Positions 55,664 through 56,371 of a DNA stretch of 56,371 bases are shown here, one piece after another. Under the pieces are notes generated by a model. It did not search any database, had not been told where the DNA came from, and worked only from the letters and a program-made list of their open reading frames with translations. Source of the stretch: a virus (Duplodnaviria; Caudoviricetes); IMG/VR virus record IMGVR_UViG_3300010362_000018, positions 1-56,371 of that record, one strand, 5' to 3'. Every line of letters starts with the position of its first letter. The stretch's first letter is position 1. The translations under genes were made by a program, and so were the position numbers.

Positions 55664-55695
55664 TATACTGACAGGGCAACCCGAACCGATGGAGG
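55664..55695 (+). promoter_or_regulatory. -10 TATACT + CAACCCGAAC leader + SD
   Basis: TATACT 55664-55669, CCCGAAC 55680-55686, GGAGG. Confidence 0.7.
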
Positions 55696-55700
55696 CTGGC

Positions 55701-55922
55701 ATGGAACCGATGGAAGCGTGGATCTGGATCGAGGGTCACGGCTGGATGGAGGGCGCGATCGACGCGGAGGGCGTCTACTTCGCGGAGCGGCCTCCTGACG
55801 TGAGGCCGCACACCAAGGTGATCGCGGTCGAGCGGACGCCGTGGGAGCATGAGCCGCCGGGCGTCGTTGAGACGGCGCGGCTACTGACGAGCATCCAGTC
55901 CGGTGGGCTGGACCAGATCTAG
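55701..55922 (+). CDS. Hypothetical protein
   Basis: SD-supported ATG. Confidence 0.6.
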   Translation: MEPMEAWIWIEGHGWMEGAIDAEGVYFAERPPDVRPHTKVIAVERTPWEHEPPGVVETARLLTSIQSGGLDQI

Positions 55923-55932
55923 GAGGAAACAT

Positions 55933-56196
55933 ATGTTCCAGGAGATCGGGAGCAAGATGGGCGCGTCGCTGGACGGCGCGGGGCGTGTCATGGTCGGCGC
56001 GGTGCGCGGCGTGAAGGACGAGCGCGCGGTGGCCACGGCGCTGCCGCTGGCGCTGGTTGGCGCGGGCGTCGTGATCCTGGCGCCCGGTGCCGCTGCCGGG
56101 GCGGCGGTGGCGACCGGCGTGGCGGCGGGCGCGGCCACGGGGCTGCTCATCCACGGCGCCATCGAGGAGGCGAAGCGCCCGGAGCTCGCGACGTGA
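55933..56196 (+). CDS. Gly/Ala-rich membrane protein
   Basis: AGGAGG SD; glycine-zipper-like hydrophobic segment. Confidence 0.65.
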   Translation: MFQEIGSKMGASLDGAGRVMVGAVRGVKDERAVATALPLALVGAGVVILAPGAAAGAAVATGVAAGAATGLLIHGAIEEAKRPELAT

Positions 56197-56371
56197 CGTT
56201 CTACGGGACGTGCGACTACTGCTTCGATCCGGTGAACGGGAAGCCCGGGACCGATGATGGCCCGGCGTTCCCCGTGACCGGCTGGGAGATCCTCCGGGAG
56301 GAGGGCGGCGCCAACCAGATCCACGGTCGTGAACGGATCGCGGGCGGCGTCCGGCACGTCAAGTGCCTGCC
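56193..56371 (+). CDS. 3'-truncated hypothetical protein
   Basis: GTGA coupling, CDYC; runs off the window. Confidence 0.5.
   Translation, partial: MTFYGTCDYCFDPVNGKPGTDDGPAFPVTGWEILREEGGANQIHGRERIAGGVRHVKCL

Noticed and set aside
1-56371. tRNA genes, integrase, DNA polymerase, reverse transcriptase/DGR, transposase
   Set aside because: No diagnostic motifs recognised; they could lie outside the window, so lifestyle is not called

Overview
Most of a GC-rich, contractile-tailed (myovirus-type) bacteriophage genome, with essentially all genes on the + strand and both window ends falling inside genes. The host is probably an actinobacterium, inferred from the GC content, a stand-alone Rpf gene and a Gram-positive-type CHAP lysin. 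Order: thymine-hypermodification-like cluster (amino-acid:DNA-transferase-like fragment, phosphatases, P-loop kinase, TET/JBP dioxygenase; 1-3.9 kb); early accessory operons (amidoligase, C26 gamma-glutamyl hydrolase, GGCT, DUF6011, DUF932; 4-14 kb); two glycosyltransferases; HNH, lysis genes and a possible genome end (16-19.5 kb); terminase, portal, S49 protease, HK97 capsid, sheath, tube, tape measure, baseplate and fibres (19.5-42.9 kb); HTH, Rpf, TGT/DpdA-like + VUT transporter, RecT-like + PD-(D/E)XK nuclease, primase-helicase and small genes (43-56 kb). Top observation: at least 11 promoters share TATACT-like -10 ... CCCGAAC just upstream of the Shine-Dalgarno. A ~180-nt pseudoknotted intergenic RNA candidate (44314-44492) carries the exact antisense of this leader plus an anti-SD tract, suggesting an undescribed phage trans-acting RNA regulon. 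All family assignments come from motifs read by eye; no searches or folding programs were run.
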